From Candidatus Saccharimonadota bacterium (GTDB lineage Bacteria; Pseudomonadota; Gammaproteobacteria; Enterobacterales; Enterobacteriaceae), in NCBI GenBank assembly GCA_045690015.1, contig CP145877.1:150001-182000 (forward strand): 32,000 bases of DNA, read 5' to 3'. A model generated the notes under the pieces. The model was not told the origin of the DNA. It ran no database searches and worked only from the letters and a program-made list of their open reading frames with translations. The translations under genes and the position numbers were made by a program. Of this stretch, positions 21,727 through 32,000 are shown in pieces (the first letter of the stretch is position 1; each line of letters opens with the position of its first letter).

Positions 21727-22428
21727 TTAACTTATTAACCTTAAACTAGATTGATCTATAGTTATACCTGCACCCATAGTACTAGACAAGTTAATTTTTT
21801 TTATATATATCCCCTTAGCTTGAGAAGGTTTAATTTTTATAAGTGCTTCTAATAAACTTTCTAAATTTTCTTTTAGATGACTATAAGGAAAATTTATTTT
21901 CCCTATAGTACTATGAATAATACCGTACTTATCACTCCGATAATTAATTTGTCCCTTCTTGGCATTTTGTACGCTTTTACTAATATTAGAACTAACAGTT
22001 CCCATTTTGGGATTCGGCATTAATCCTCGTGGTCCTAAAATTGGACCTAATTTACTAACTAACGGCATTGCATCTGGTGATGCAATAACAATGTCAAAAT
22101 CTATTTTTCCAGCTTGAATTATCTTAGCTAATTCATTCATGCCCACTAGTTCTGCACCTGCTTCTTTTGCTGCACGAATATTTTCTCCTTCAGTAAATAC
22201 AGCTACTCTTGGTACTTTACCAGTACCATGTGGTAAAACTACATTTCCACGAATAATTGAATGATTTTTGCTGATATCAATACCCAAATTGATAGCAACA
22301 TCTACGCTTTCAATAAAATTAGTACTTGCTAATTTTTTTAAAATCATCACCGCTTCTTGAAATGAATAGGAATAATTTTTATCGATTTTCTCACCGATAA
22401 CCCTCTGGCGCTTAAACAATTTAGACAT
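21727..22428 (-). CDS. rplA: 50S ribosomal protein L1
   Basis: 233 aa. [30 protein letters not shown] and [14 protein letters not shown] match E. coli L1. Confidence 0.98.
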   Translation of the reverse strand: MSKLFKRQRVIGEKIDKNYSYSFQEAVMILKKLASTNFIESVDVAINLGIDISKNHSIIRGNVVLPHGTGKVPRVAVFTEGENIRAAKEAGAELVGMNELAKIIQAGKIDFDIVIASPDAMPLVSKLGPILGPRGLMPNPKMGTVSSNISKSVQNAKKGQINYRSDKYGIIHSTIGKINFPYSHLKENLESLLEALIKIKPSQAKGIYIKKINLSSTMGAGITIDQSSLRLIS

Positions 22429-22434
22429 TTATTT

Positions 22435-22866
22435 TCAATCCTTTATTACATTCAATCCCATAGAAATAGCTGTACCTTCAATACATCGAATCATAGCGTC
22501 AATATCAGTTCCAGTTAAATCAGCAGCTTTAGCTTCTGCTATTTCACGAATCTGTTTATAAGTTACATTACCAACTTTCTCTTGATTTGGTTTACTAGAT
22601 CCTAATGAAATTCCGGCTGCTTTTTTTAATAAAGCAACAGCTGGAGGTGTTTTTATAACAAATGTAAAAGAACGATCGGAATAAACTGTAATAATCACTG
22701 GAAGTGGTAACCCTTTTTCATAACCTTCCGTTTTGGTATTAAAAGATTTACAAAATTCCATAATATTTACTCCTTGTTGGCCTAACGCTGGTCCAACAGG
22801 AGGACTTGGATTAGCCATTCCAGCCGCAATTTGCAATTTTACATAAGCTTGTACTTTTTTAGCCAT
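22435..22866 (-). CDS. rplK: 50S ribosomal protein L11
   Basis: 143 aa. The N-terminal 40 aa, [40 protein letters not shown], are almost identical to E. coli L11. Confidence 0.99.
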   Translation of the reverse strand: MAKKVQAYVKLQIAAGMANPSPPVGPALGQQGVNIMEFCKSFNTKTEGYEKGLPLPVIITVYSDRSFTFVIKTPPAVALLKKAAGISLGSSKPNQEKVGNVTYKQIREIAEAKAADLTGTDIDAMIRCIEGTAISMGLNVIKD

Positions 22867-22891
22867 TTTATTTCCTTAACTCTCTACCCAA

Positions 22892-23437
22892 TTAAGCTTT
22901 GTCAACTTGATCAAAATCTAATTCTACTGGAGTAGAACGTCCGAAAATTGAGACTGAAACAGTTAAACGATTTTTTTCGTAGTCTATTTCTTCAACTACT
23001 CCATGAAAATCTGCAAAAGGTCCTTCATTCACCCGCACAATTTCTCCCGCTTCGAATAATATTTTCGGTTTTGGTTTGTTTTCGGCTCGTTTAATACGTT
23101 TTAATATCGCTTGAAATTCTTGTTCGGTTAATGGAATTGGATGATCAAAAGTTCCTCCTACAAATCCCATAATTCCTGGAACATTACGTACTAGATGCCA
23201 ACTATCTTCATTCATAATCATCTGTACTAATACATAACCAGGAAAGAATTTTCGTTCGCTTTTACGACGTTGGCCTCGTTTCATTTCAAGTACTTCTTCA
23301 ATGGGAACCATGACTTTTCCAAAAAAACTATCCATTTCATGTAATTTGATATGATCTTGTAAGGATTTAGCTACATCTTTTTCACAACCTGATAAGGCCT
23401 GAACAACATACCATTGCATCTTTGATGGTTCAAACAT
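22892..23437 (-). CDS. nusG: Transcription termination/antitermination factor NusG
   Basis: 181 aa, the same length as E. coli. [25 protein letters not shown] and the KOW region [40 protein letters not shown] are present. Confidence 0.98.
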   Translation of the reverse strand: MFEPSKMQWYVVQALSGCEKDVAKSLQDHIKLHEMDSFFGKVMVPIEEVLEMKRGQRRKSERKFFPGYVLVQMIMNEDSWHLVRNVPGIMGFVGGTFDHPIPLTEQEFQAILKRIKRAENKPKPKILFEAGEIVRVNEGPFADFHGVVEEIDYEKNRLTVSVSIFGRSTPVELDFDQVDKA

Positions 23438-23441
23438 TTCT

Positions 23442-23816
23442 TTAGAACCTCAGACCAATTATGAACCTTACTAAATGAAATAAGATTCCATCTAATCCCC
23501 ATAAGATTATGGAAATAACAGCAGTTATTCCAATAACAATAACGGTGGTATATAAAGTTTCCTGACTAGAAGGCCAGATTACTTTACGAGCCTCGTTTTT
23601 TGCTTCATTTAAAAATTCTAATATCCCTTTTCCTTGATTGGTCAGTATAGCCATACTACTTCCCATTCCAATAAGAAGAAGGAGAGTAAGTATTCGTATA
23701 GATAATTTCATATTTGCGTAATGAGGATTACCTACTATTACTATCATGAAAAAAATAATAATAACCGCTAACCATTTTAAAACATCCAAACTATTAGTGC
23801 TCCTTTTAAAATCCAA
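23442..23816 (-). CDS. secE: Preprotein translocase subunit SecE
   Basis: It has three TM-like segments, and the conserved C-terminus [16 protein letters not shown]......[19 protein letters not shown] is as in E. coli. No ATG is available upstream of TM1. The candidate starts are TTG at 23816 and TTG at 23789, and the latter has AAGGAG 10 nt upstream. Confidence 0.9.
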   Translation of the reverse strand: MDFKRSTNSLDVLKWLAVIIIFFMIVIVGNPHYANMKLSIRILTLLLLIGMGSSMAILTNQGKGILEFLNEAKNEARKVIWPSSQETLYTTVIVIGITAVISIILWGLDGILFHLVRFIIGLRF

Positions 23817-23959
23817 GCCAATCTATTTATTACTAACCACTTCATTATATTAATAAATAGTGGTGGTTTTACCAAAAAAAAAGAGTTTGAAATCTTATTC
23901 ATTTTAGCAGTATAACAAATTTTTATATTTTATAGTACGTAAAATTAATGATAATCTGA

Positions 23960-24032
23960 TGCTGATAGGCAGAATCGAACTGCCGACCTCACCCTTACCA
24001 AAGGTGTACTCTACCAACTGAGCTATATCAGC
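23960..24032 (-). tRNA. thrT: tRNA-Thr (anticodon GGT)
   Basis: The minus strand reads GCTGATATAGCTCAGTTGGTAGAGTACACCTTTGGTAAGGGTGAGGTCGGCAGTTCGATTCTGCCTATCAGCA. The acceptor stem is GCTGATA/TATCAGC, the anticodon loop is TTGGTAA, and the T-arm is GGCAG-TTCGATT-CTGCC. No CCA is encoded; the next bases are TCA. Confidence 0.95.
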
Positions 24033-24048
24033 AGCATATTTTATTTTG

Positions 24049-24120
<72 letters not shown>

Positions 24121-24130
24121 AATATTGTGA

Positions 24131-24212
24131 TGGTGGGGGAAGGATTCGAACCTTCGAAGTCAATGACGGCAAATTTACAGTCTGCTCCCTTTAACCACTC
24201 GGGAACCCCACC
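24131..24212 (-). tRNA. tyrU: tRNA-Tyr (anticodon GTA), long variable arm
   Basis: The minus strand reads GGTGGGGTTCCCGAGTGGTTAAAGGGAGCAGACTGTAAATTTGCCGTCATTGACTTCGAAGGTTCGAATCCTTCCCCCACCA. The anticodon loop is CTGTAAA and the long variable arm marks it as class II. No CCA is encoded; the next bases are TCA. Confidence 0.95.
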
Positions 24213-24234
24213 AACTGCTTTTAATGTTTAATAA

Positions 24235-24307
24235 TGCCGGCTGCCGGAATCGAACTGGCGACCTACTGATTACAAGTCAGTTGCTCTTCCTACTGAGCTA
24301 AGCCGGC
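24235..24307 (-). tRNA. thrU: tRNA-Thr (anticodon TGT)
   Basis: The minus strand reads GCCGGCTTAGCTCAGTAGGAAGAGCAACTGACTTGTAATCAGTAGGTCGCCAGTTCGATTCCGGCAGCCGGCA. The anticodon loop is CTTGTAA. No CCA is encoded; the next bases are TTA. The order Thr(TGT)-Tyr-Gly-Thr(GGT) on the minus strand equals E. coli thrU-tyrU-glyT-thrT. Confidence 0.95.
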
Positions 24308-24443
24308 CATACTTATTTATTAATAATATATTTTTATATTAGTCGATCTAATGATCTGCATTTTATGAGCATCAATATATTTATGCAACAAAAAATTTGA
24401 TAACTGAATTAGTTGAGTTAACTATCTTATGGAGCAACATGAT

Positions 24444-25484
24444 TCATCCTATTACGTCAAGAGGATTGATCTTTCCATGGGAAGAGAAAAAAGATACTTC
24501 TGGTTCCAGCCAAATATCAAATTTTTTAGCTACATGTTTTCGTATTTTATACGCTAACATAGCTATATCCCAACCACTAGCATTTGATTCGTTTATTAAA
24601 ACTAGGGGATTTTTTCTATAGATTCCAGCTCCTCCTTTTTTAGATTCTTTTAGATGACATTGCTCAATTAGCCAACTAGCAGATATCTTTATTTTTCCAT
24701 TTGATTGAGGATACCATATCATTTCTGGAAAATGTAATCTTAGATTAGTAGCTAGTTCGGAATTAATAATTGGATTTTTAAAAAAACTTCCTGCATTTCC
24801 AAATGTAATAGGATTTGGTAATCTTTTACTTCTTATGTCAGATATTTTATAAAAAATTTTTTCTGCAGTAATATTCATAGGATTAAAACCTTTTAAAAAT
24901 CCAGTGGTGATTTTTGGAGCCCAATTTTTTTTCAGTAATAATCCTACTGCAATAATTACATGATTTTTATATCCATACTGAAATATACTCTCTCTATATT
25001 TAAATTGACATTCAGAAGCTGACATACGCAGAATTTTTTGATTGGTTAAATTTAATAAATCTACATATTCGCAAATATCATTGAATTCTAGACCGTATGC
25101 CCCAATATTTTGAACTGCTGCGGATCCTACACATCCTGGTATAAAAGCTAAATTTTCTAAACCAAATAAACCCTTTTTTAACGTAGATTGTACTAAAGCA
25201 TGCCAAGATTCTCCTGAACTTACATGCAAATGCCAAGTATTGGAGTTTTCAGTAATTTTAATTCCTTTTAAACGATTAATTATAACTGTACCAATATAAT
25301 CTTCTAGAAATAAAAGATTACTACCTTGTCCTATACATATAATTGGGAGATTTTCCTCGTGAGATTTCTTCCATACTTGTATAAGTTCTGGTATAGTATA
25401 AACTATACTAATTTGTAACGCATTTACGTCAATATTAAAAGTATTAAATGGTTTTAATTTTTGTCTAGGCTTACAAGATATCAT
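24444..25484 (-). CDS. murB: UDP-N-acetylenolpyruvoylglucosamine reductase MurB
   Basis: LKPFNTFNI, GQGSNLLFLEDY.GTVIINR.KGI, LENLA.IPGCVGS...QNIGAYG.E, FKYR.SIF, GNAGSFFKNP and WLEPEV.F are colinear with E. coli MurB (342 aa). The start is uncertain: I use the first ATG at 25484 (346 aa), while the ORF track begins at a TTG at 25499. Confidence 0.93.
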   Translation of the reverse strand: MISCKPRQKLKPFNTFNIDVNALQISIVYTIPELIQVWKKSHEENLPIICIGQGSNLLFLEDYIGTVIINRLKGIKITENSNTWHLHVSSGESWHALVQSTLKKGLFGLENLAFIPGCVGSAAVQNIGAYGLEFNDICEYVDLLNLTNQKILRMSASECQFKYRESIFQYGYKNHVIIAVGLLLKKNWAPKITTGFLKGFNPMNITAEKIFYKISDIRSKRLPNPITFGNAGSFFKNPIINSELATNLRLHFPEMIWYPQSNGKIKISASWLIEQCHLKESKKGGAGIYRKNPLVLINESNASGWDIAMLAYKIRKHVAKKFDIWLEPEVSFFSSHGKINPLDVIG

Positions 25485-25580
25485 TAGATTAATTTTCAAT
25501 AATTAAATCGAATTCACCAGAGTTAATATCAATAAATACACTTATTAAAATCTTTAATTTATAAAATATAGGATTTTTTA

Positions 25581-27449
25581 ATGTCTTATTCAAACTTTTT
25601 TGATGTTATTGTTATAGGTGCTGGTCATGCTGGAACTGAAGCTGCTTTAGCATCTGCAAGAATGGGACGTCAAACCTTATTAATTACGCATAGTATTGAG
25701 ACTATAGGACAAATGTCCTGTAATCCTTCTATAGGTGGTATTGGAAAAGGACATCTAGTTAAGGAAATTGATGCTCTTGGTGGTTATATGGCAATAGCTA
25801 TTGATCATGCTGGAATTCAATTTAGAACTCTAAATTCTAGTAAAGGACCAGCAGTACGTGCTACTAGGGCACAAGCTGATCGTCTTTTATATCGTCAAAT
25901 GATACGTACTAAACTCGAAAATCAATCTAATTTGAACATATTTCAACAATCAGTTAATAAATTATTGATTCATAATGGATGTGTTAGAGGAGTGACAACT
26001 GAAATAGGAGCAACATTTTATGCAAAATCAATAGTTATCACAGTCGGTACCTTTCTTAATGGCAAAATTCATGTAGGTTTGGACTCTTATGAAGGAGGAA
26101 GGGATGGAGAACCTAGTTCAATTTCATTAGCTCGGTTTTTAACCGAACTTCCATTAGATATAAAACGATTAAAAACCGGCACACCTCCACGTCTCCATGC
26201 AAACTCCATTAATTATGATCTCTTAACTCCTCAATATAGTGATAATCCTCTACCAATATTCTCATTTATGGGAAAAAATTATCAGCATCCAGTTCAAATA
26301 CCTTGTTATATCACCCATACTAATATCTTGACACATGAGATCATTATTAAAAATTTAAATCTTAGTCCCATGAATAATGATTTAATTAAAGGTATTGGTC
26401 CAAGATATTGTCCTTCTATTGAAGATAAAGTTATACAGTTTAACCATCGCCAAAAACATCAAATTTTTTTAGAACCAGAAGGACTTACTAGTAAAGAAAT
26501 ATATCCTAACGGAATTTCAACTAGCTTGCCCTTTAATATACAAATAGAAATGATACATTCTATTAAAGGTATGGAAAAAGCTCATATAACCCGTCCGGGT
26601 TATGCAATCGAATATGATTATTTAGATCCTTGTAATCTTAAACCTACTTTAGAAAATAAATATATTCATGGATTATTTTTAGCTGGACAAATCAATGGAA
26701 CTACAGGATATGAAGAAGCGGCTGCTCAAGGAATTTTATCCGGTATAAATGCAAGTCTTTTTGCTTTGAATCAAGAAGGTTGGGTTCCACAAAGAGATCA
26801 AGCATATATTGGAGTATTAGTAGATGATTTGTGCACTCAGGGAATTCAAGAACCTTATCGGATGTTTACGTCACGTGCTGAACATCGTTTGCATCTACGT
26901 GAAGATAATGCAGATATAAGGTTAACAGAAATAGGACGGAAGATGGGATTAATAGATGAAAATCGATGGATAGAATTTAATCAAAAAATAGAGCAAATTG
27001 AAAAGGAACGTCAAAGATTACGTAATACTTGGATTTCAAAAAATGATCTAATAAAAATTACCAAACAATTAAAAAGTAAAATTCTAAAAGAAACTAATGG
27101 CGAAGAATTATTACGGCGTCCAGAAATGACATATGAGAAATTAATGCAGATAAAATCCTTTGGACCTGGAATAGAGAATATTATTAGTTATAAACAAGTT
27201 GAAATCCAAATAAAATATGAAGGTTATATTGCGAGACAGCAAAAAGAAATTCTGAAATCTCAAATCGATAAAAACATACTTCTACCTTTAACATTAAATT
27301 ATCATGAAATAAAAGGACTTTCTAATGAAGTTATTAGTAAACTTAATAAATATAAACCTCTTTCAATCAATCAAGCTCGTCGTATACCGGGAATTACACC
27401 CAGTGCTATTTCTCTTTTACTTCTTTGGTTAAAGAAGCGTAATTATTAA
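25581..27449 (+). CDS. mnmG: tRNA uridine 5-carboxymethylaminomethyl modification enzyme MnmG (GidA)
   Basis: 622 aa. The FAD-binding N-terminus [23 protein letters not shown], then [52 protein letters not shown] and RPEMTYEKL are colinear with E. coli MnmG. Confidence 0.98.
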   Translation: MSYSNFFDVIVIGAGHAGTEAALASARMGRQTLLITHSIETIGQMSCNPSIGGIGKGHLVKEIDALGGYMAIAIDHAGIQFRTLNSSKGPAVRATRAQADRLLYRQMIRTKLENQSNLNIFQQSVNKLLIHNGCVRGVTTEIGATFYAKSIVITVGTFLNGKIHVGLDSYEGGRDGEPSSISLARFLTELPLDIKRLKTGTPPRLHANSINYDLLTPQYSDNPLPIFSFMGKNYQHPVQIPCYITHTNILTHEIIIKNLNLSPMNNDLIKGIGPRYCPSIEDKVIQFNHRQKHQIFLEPEGLTSKEIYPNGISTSLPFNIQIEMIHSIKGMEKAHITRPGYAIEYDYLDPCNLKPTLENKYIHGLFLAGQINGTTGYEEAAAQGILSGINASLFALNQEGWVPQRDQAYIGVLVDDLCTQGIQEPYRMFTSRAEHRLHLREDNADIRLTEIGRKMGLIDENRWIEFNQKIEQIEKERQRLRNTWISKNDLIKITKQLKSKILKETNGEELLRRPEMTYEKLMQIKSFGPGIENIISYKQVEIQIKYEGYIARQQKEILKSQIDKNILLPLTLNYHEIKGLSNEVISKLNKYKPLSINQARRIPGITPSAISLLLLWLKKRNY

Positions 27450-27559
27450 TATTTTCGATTATAAAATCAAAACTTATGGTCTTTTTTTACATTCAAATTA
27501 TATGATAACAAATGTGAGATACTAATTATTACTCTTAATTCCATGGGATTTCATCTTGA

Positions 27560-28698
<1,139 letters not shown>

Positions 28699-28737
28699 TT
28701 TTAAAAATAGATATAGATCAAATTAGGAGATTGTTTT

Positions 28738-29211
28738 ATGAACTTGAATGCAACACTCATAGGTCAAGCAATTGCTTTCCTAATTTTTGTTATGTTATGT
28801 ATGAAATATATTTGGCCTCCTATTATAACTGCGATAGAAAAGCGTCAAAAAGAGATAGCCGATGGATTAGATTGTGCTGAACAAGCGAAAAAAACTCTAA
28901 CAATTGCACAAATACAAGCAAACCAAGAATTAAAAAAATCTAAAGAGAAAGCCTTATTGATTATAAATCAAGCAAAAAAGCAAAGTGCTAGCATATTACA
29001 AGAAGTACAGATTGAAGCTGAAAAAGAACGTAGAAGAATTCTTCAATTGGCTAAAGTAGAAATAGAATCTATGCATTCTTATTTACGTAATGAGTTACGA
29101 AAAACAGTTGCTCAGTTGGTAATCGATGGTACCGAAAAAATTCTAGAAAATTCTATAGATGAAGATCTTAACCGTAAAATTATAGATCAAATAATTACTA
29201 AATTATCATGA
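28738..29211 (+). CDS. atpF: F0F1 ATP synthase subunit b
   Basis: 157 aa. MNLNATLIGQAIAFLIFV..CMKYIWPPI..AIEKRQKEIADGL matches E. coli AtpF. AGGAG lies at 28725-28729, 8 nt upstream. Confidence 0.97.
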   Translation: MNLNATLIGQAIAFLIFVMLCMKYIWPPIITAIEKRQKEIADGLDCAEQAKKTLTIAQIQANQELKKSKEKALLIINQAKKQSASILQEVQIEAEKERRRILQLAKVEIESMHSYLRNELRKTVAQLVIDGTEKILENSIDEDLNRKIIDQIITKLS

Positions 29212-29759
29212 ATAAAACCAATAGATCCGAATGGATCTCTATATCTAGACCTTATGCTATAGCAGCTTTTGAATTTGCCCGAGAAAAAGAAGAAGTTGAA
29301 CACTGGCAAGAAATGTTAGAATTAACTGCATTTGTTTCATGTGATTACAGGGTTAGTAACCTTATTTCAGGAGGTTTACCTTATAGGGTTTTATCAAAAT
29401 TATTTATGAAGATTTGTAATAAATATATCGATGAGTATTTTCAAAATTTGATTCTAATCATGGCAGAACATGGAAGGTTAAAATTCATTCCAACGGTTTT
29501 AGAAATTTTTAAACATCTACGTATGCTTTATTATGATCTAACTGAGGAAATTGAAGTGATTACAGCTAATAAAGTTTATCCTGAACAATTATTTAAAATA
29601 AAAAAAATTTTTGAAGAGATTCTATCACGTAAAGTAAAAATCAATTTAAAAAGTGATAAGAATCTTTTATTTGGAATGATTATTCGTATCGGCGATACTG
29701 TAATTGATGGTAGTGTACGTGGCCGTCTTGATCGATTAGCAGATGTTTTACAATCCTAA
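29208..29759 (+). CDS. atpH: F0F1 ATP synthase subunit delta
   Basis: 183 aa. ARPYA.AAF.FA, MAEHGRL and the C-terminus [18 protein letters not shown] match E. coli AtpH. Its start overlaps the atpF stop in the sequence ATGA at 29208-29211. Confidence 0.95.
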   Translation: MNKTNRSEWISISRPYAIAAFEFAREKEEVEHWQEMLELTAFVSCDYRVSNLISGGLPYRVLSKLFMKICNKYIDEYFQNLILIMAEHGRLKFIPTVLEIFKHLRMLYYDLTEEIEVITANKVYPEQLFKIKKIFEEILSRKVKINLKSDKNLLFGMIIRIGDTVIDGSVRGRLDRLADVLQS

Positions 29760-29773
29760 GGAAATTAGAATCT

Positions 29774-31324
29774 ATGCAAATTAATCCCGCAGAAATTAGC
29801 GAACTGATAAAACAACGTATTGCTAATTTTAATTTAGCAAATGAAACTTATAATGAAGGTACCATTTTTTCGGTAAGTGATGGAATTATCCGAATATCTG
29901 GATTAAGTAATGTCATGCAAGGAGAAATGATTTATTTACCTGATACTAGATCTTATGCGATTGCGTTAAATTTAGAACGGGACACAGTAGGAGCGGTCGT
30001 TATGGGTCCTTATATTGATATTGTAGAAGGAATGAAAGTAAAATGTACGGGACGCATATTGGAAGTTCCAGTAGGAAGAGGATTATTAGGTAGAGTTATT
30101 AATATATTAGGAAAACCTGTAGATGGAAAGGGATCATTAAAATATGATTTTTTTTCTCCAGTAGAAGCAATAGCTCCTGGAGTTATTGATCGGCAACCGG
30201 TCGATCAGCCTCTTCAAACTGGATATAAAGTTATTGATAGCATGATTCCTATTGGACGAGGACAACGAGAATTAATTATTGGAGATCGTCAAACGGGAAA
30301 AACTACTATGGCAATTGATACCATTATCAATCAACGAGATTCTGGGATTAAATGTGTCTATGTTGCCATAGGACAAAAATCTACTACAGTAACAAATGTA
30401 GTACGAAAATTACAAGAACATAGAGCTCTAGATAATACTATTGTGGTAGTAGCTTTTGCATCAGATGCTGCTATTTTACAATATCTTGCCCCTTATGCAG
30501 GATGTACAATGGGTGAATTCTTTCGCAATCAAGGAGAAGATGCATTAGTAGTTTATGATGATTTATCCAAACAAGCAATCGCTTATAGACAAATTTCTTT
30601 ATTATTGAGAAGGCCTCCTGGTAGAGAAGCATATCCTGGGGATATATTTTACCTTCATGCTCGCTTACTTGAAAGGGCAGCACGTGTTAATACGAATTAT
30701 GTTACATCATATACTAAAGGTAAAGTTCATGATAAAACGGGATCTTTAACAGCCTTACCTATTATTGAAACTCAAGCTGGCGATGTTTCTGCATTTGTTC
30801 CTACCAATGTAATTTCTATTACAGATGGCCAAATATTTTTAGAATCCAATTTATTTAATATTGGAATTCGTCCTGCTGTTAATCCGGGTATTTCTGTATC
30901 TCGTGTGGGTAGTAGTGCACAAACTAAAATTTTAAAAAAATTATCTAGCGGAATACGTACGGCATTAGCTCAATATCGGGAATTGGCAGCTTTTTCACAA
31001 TTTTCTTCAGATCTTGATGAAATTACACGTAAACAAATTAAATACGGCAAACAACTTACGGAATTATTGAAACAAAAGCAATATCAGCCGATGAGTGTTA
31101 TTCAACAAGCAATAATTTTATTTGCTGCTTCATATGGTTATTTGGAAGATGTTGAATTGGATCAACTGAGTAAGTTTGAATCGGCTTTAATTGCTTATAT
31201 AGAACACAACGATACTAAATTTATGCAATATATTAATGATACTGGAAATTATGATGATGAAATTATATGCAAATTAAAAAATATTATGGAAAATTTTAAA
31301 AATCAATTAATTTTAAGTAATTAA
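29774..31324 (+). CDS. atpA: F0F1 ATP synthase subunit alpha
   Basis: 516 aa. The Walker A motif [18 protein letters not shown] is present, as are [52 protein letters not shown] and [12 protein letters not shown]. Confidence 0.99.
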   Translation: MQINPAEISELIKQRIANFNLANETYNEGTIFSVSDGIIRISGLSNVMQGEMIYLPDTRSYAIALNLERDTVGAVVMGPYIDIVEGMKVKCTGRILEVPVGRGLLGRVINILGKPVDGKGSLKYDFFSPVEAIAPGVIDRQPVDQPLQTGYKVIDSMIPIGRGQRELIIGDRQTGKTTMAIDTIINQRDSGIKCVYVAIGQKSTTVTNVVRKLQEHRALDNTIVVVAFASDAAILQYLAPYAGCTMGEFFRNQGEDALVVYDDLSKQAIAYRQISLLLRRPPGREAYPGDIFYLHARLLERAARVNTNYVTSYTKGKVHDKTGSLTALPIIETQAGDVSAFVPTNVISITDGQIFLESNLFNIGIRPAVNPGISVSRVGSSAQTKILKKLSSGIRTALAQYRELAAFSQFSSDLDEITRKQIKYGKQLTELLKQKQYQPMSVIQQAIILFAASYGYLEDVELDQLSKFESALIAYIEHNDTKFMQYINDTGNYDDEIICKLKNIMENFKNQLILSN

Positions 31325-31339
31325 GCTAGACAGATTATT

Positions 31340-32000
31340 ATGACCTTTATAAAAGAAATACGTAATCAAATAACTGCAATTAAAAATATGCAAAAGATAA
31401 CTAAAGCAATGGAAATGGTTGCAGCTTCTAAAATGAAGAAAACGCAATTTCTTATGGAAGCTAGTTATCCTTATGCAGAAGCTATCCGCAGGGTGATTAG
31501 CCATCTTACTCTAGGTAAATTAGAATATAAACATCCTTATTTAGAACAGCGTATAGTAAAACATATTGGTTATTTAGTATTTTCTACTGATCGTGGACTA
31601 TGCGGTACTTTGAATAGCAATTTATTTAGAAAGTTATTTACAGATATCAAAAAATGGTCTAATAAGAATGTAAATTCTTCTTTAGCTATTATTGGTTATA
31701 AGGGATTATCCTTTTTAAATTCCTTAAATAAAAAAATGGTTATAGCTCATTATGGTGGAATAAGAGAAATACCGTCGATTTCCGATTTAATTGGACCAAT
31801 AAAAGTATTATTGAATGCTTACGATGAAAAAAAAATAGATAGAATTTATCTGGTCAATAATAAATTTATTAATTTAATTTCTCAGGTCCCACAAATCATT
31901 CAACTATTACCATTAACAACATTAAAAGATGAAATATTAAATAGAAAAAAATGGGATTATCTATATGAACCTAATGCGGAATTTTTGTTAAACCTTTTAT
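31340..32000 (+). CDS. atpG: F0F1 ATP synthase subunit gamma, 3' end cut by the window edge
   Basis: This gene is not in the ORF track because it runs off the window. From ATG 31340 it reads [34 protein letters not shown]...[14 protein letters not shown]...LEYKHPYL...[13 protein letters not shown]...KWDYLYEP, colinear with the first 220 or so aa of E. coli AtpG. Confidence 0.95.
   Translation, partial: MTFIKEIRNQITAIKNMQKITKAMEMVAASKMKKTQFLMEASYPYAEAIRRVISHLTLGKLEYKHPYLEQRIVKHIGYLVFSTDRGLCGTLNSNLFRKLFTDIKKWSNKNVNSSLAIIGYKGLSFLNSLNKKMVIAHYGGIREIPSISDLIGPIKVLLNAYDEKKIDRIYLVNNKFINLISQVPQIIQLLPLTTLKDEILNRKKWDYLYEPNAEFLLNLL

Noticed and set aside
23780-23902. A minus-strand ORF of about 41 aa (MNKISNSFFLVKPPLF...) starting at 23902 in the thrT-secE spacer and running into the secE start in another frame
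   Set aside because: It is short and hydrophobic with low complexity, has no ribosome-binding site, and overlaps the secE initiation region. It is more likely spacer or relic sequence than a gene.
24308-24360. Possible sigma70 promoter for the tRNA cluster: TCGACT, a 16-17 nt spacer, then ATTAAT/TTAATA on the minus strand
   Set aside because: In DNA this AT-rich, -10-like hexamers occur everywhere and the -35 match is poor. A promoter cannot be supported without transcript mapping.
24397-24621. 74-aa plus-strand ORF at the murB 3' end. Short antisense ORFs also lie at 7822-8034 (in dnaE), 30471-30683 (in atpA) and 31313-31504 (in atpG).
   Set aside because: Each overlaps a confidently identified conserved gene on the other strand, and I see no similarity or translation signals.
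27460-27491. T7 run after mnmG as a candidate intrinsic terminator
   Set aside because: The only preceding stem is a 4-bp A/U hairpin (GAUU-AUAA-AAUC), and it is not adjacent to the T-run. That is too weak to call.

Overview
Strongly A+T-rich, gene-dense DNA: my gene calls leave about 1.7 kb of the 32 kb non-coding. The proteins are close to Escherichia coli orthologues and gene order follows three E. coli neighbourhoods with many genes cleanly missing. This is the signature of a reduced-genome gammaproteobacterial (Enterobacterales-like) obligate endosymbiont; I cannot name the organism from sequence alone. I call 24 protein genes (2 cut by the window edges), 4 tRNA genes and one probable gene relic. 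Block A (1-12061) is uppS, a cdsA relic, rseP, bamA, skp, fabZ, dnaE, tilS and convergent proS. Block B (12088-25499, all minus strand) is rpoC, rpoB, rplL, rplJ, rplA, rplK, nusG, secE, tRNA-Thr/Gly/Tyr/Thr and murB. Block C (25581-32000, plus strand) is mnmG and atpBEFHAG. I see no mobile elements, CRISPR array, defence or toxin genes, long repeats or unexplained large ORFs, so I do not think this window holds a novel accessory system. The points worth a second look are reductive-evolution features. ProRS has lost its whole INS editing domain. The lipid A genes, cdsA, rnhB, accA, tufB, birA, coaA, rsmG and atpI are excised at syntenic positions while bamA, skp and rseP are kept. proS now sits directly behind rpoC. 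A divergent murB/mnmG spacer occupies the place where oriC sits in E. coli but has no DnaA boxes. None of the four tRNA genes encodes a 3' CCA. All homology statements rest on my recall of E. coli protein sequences and gene order; no search or composition calculation was run.
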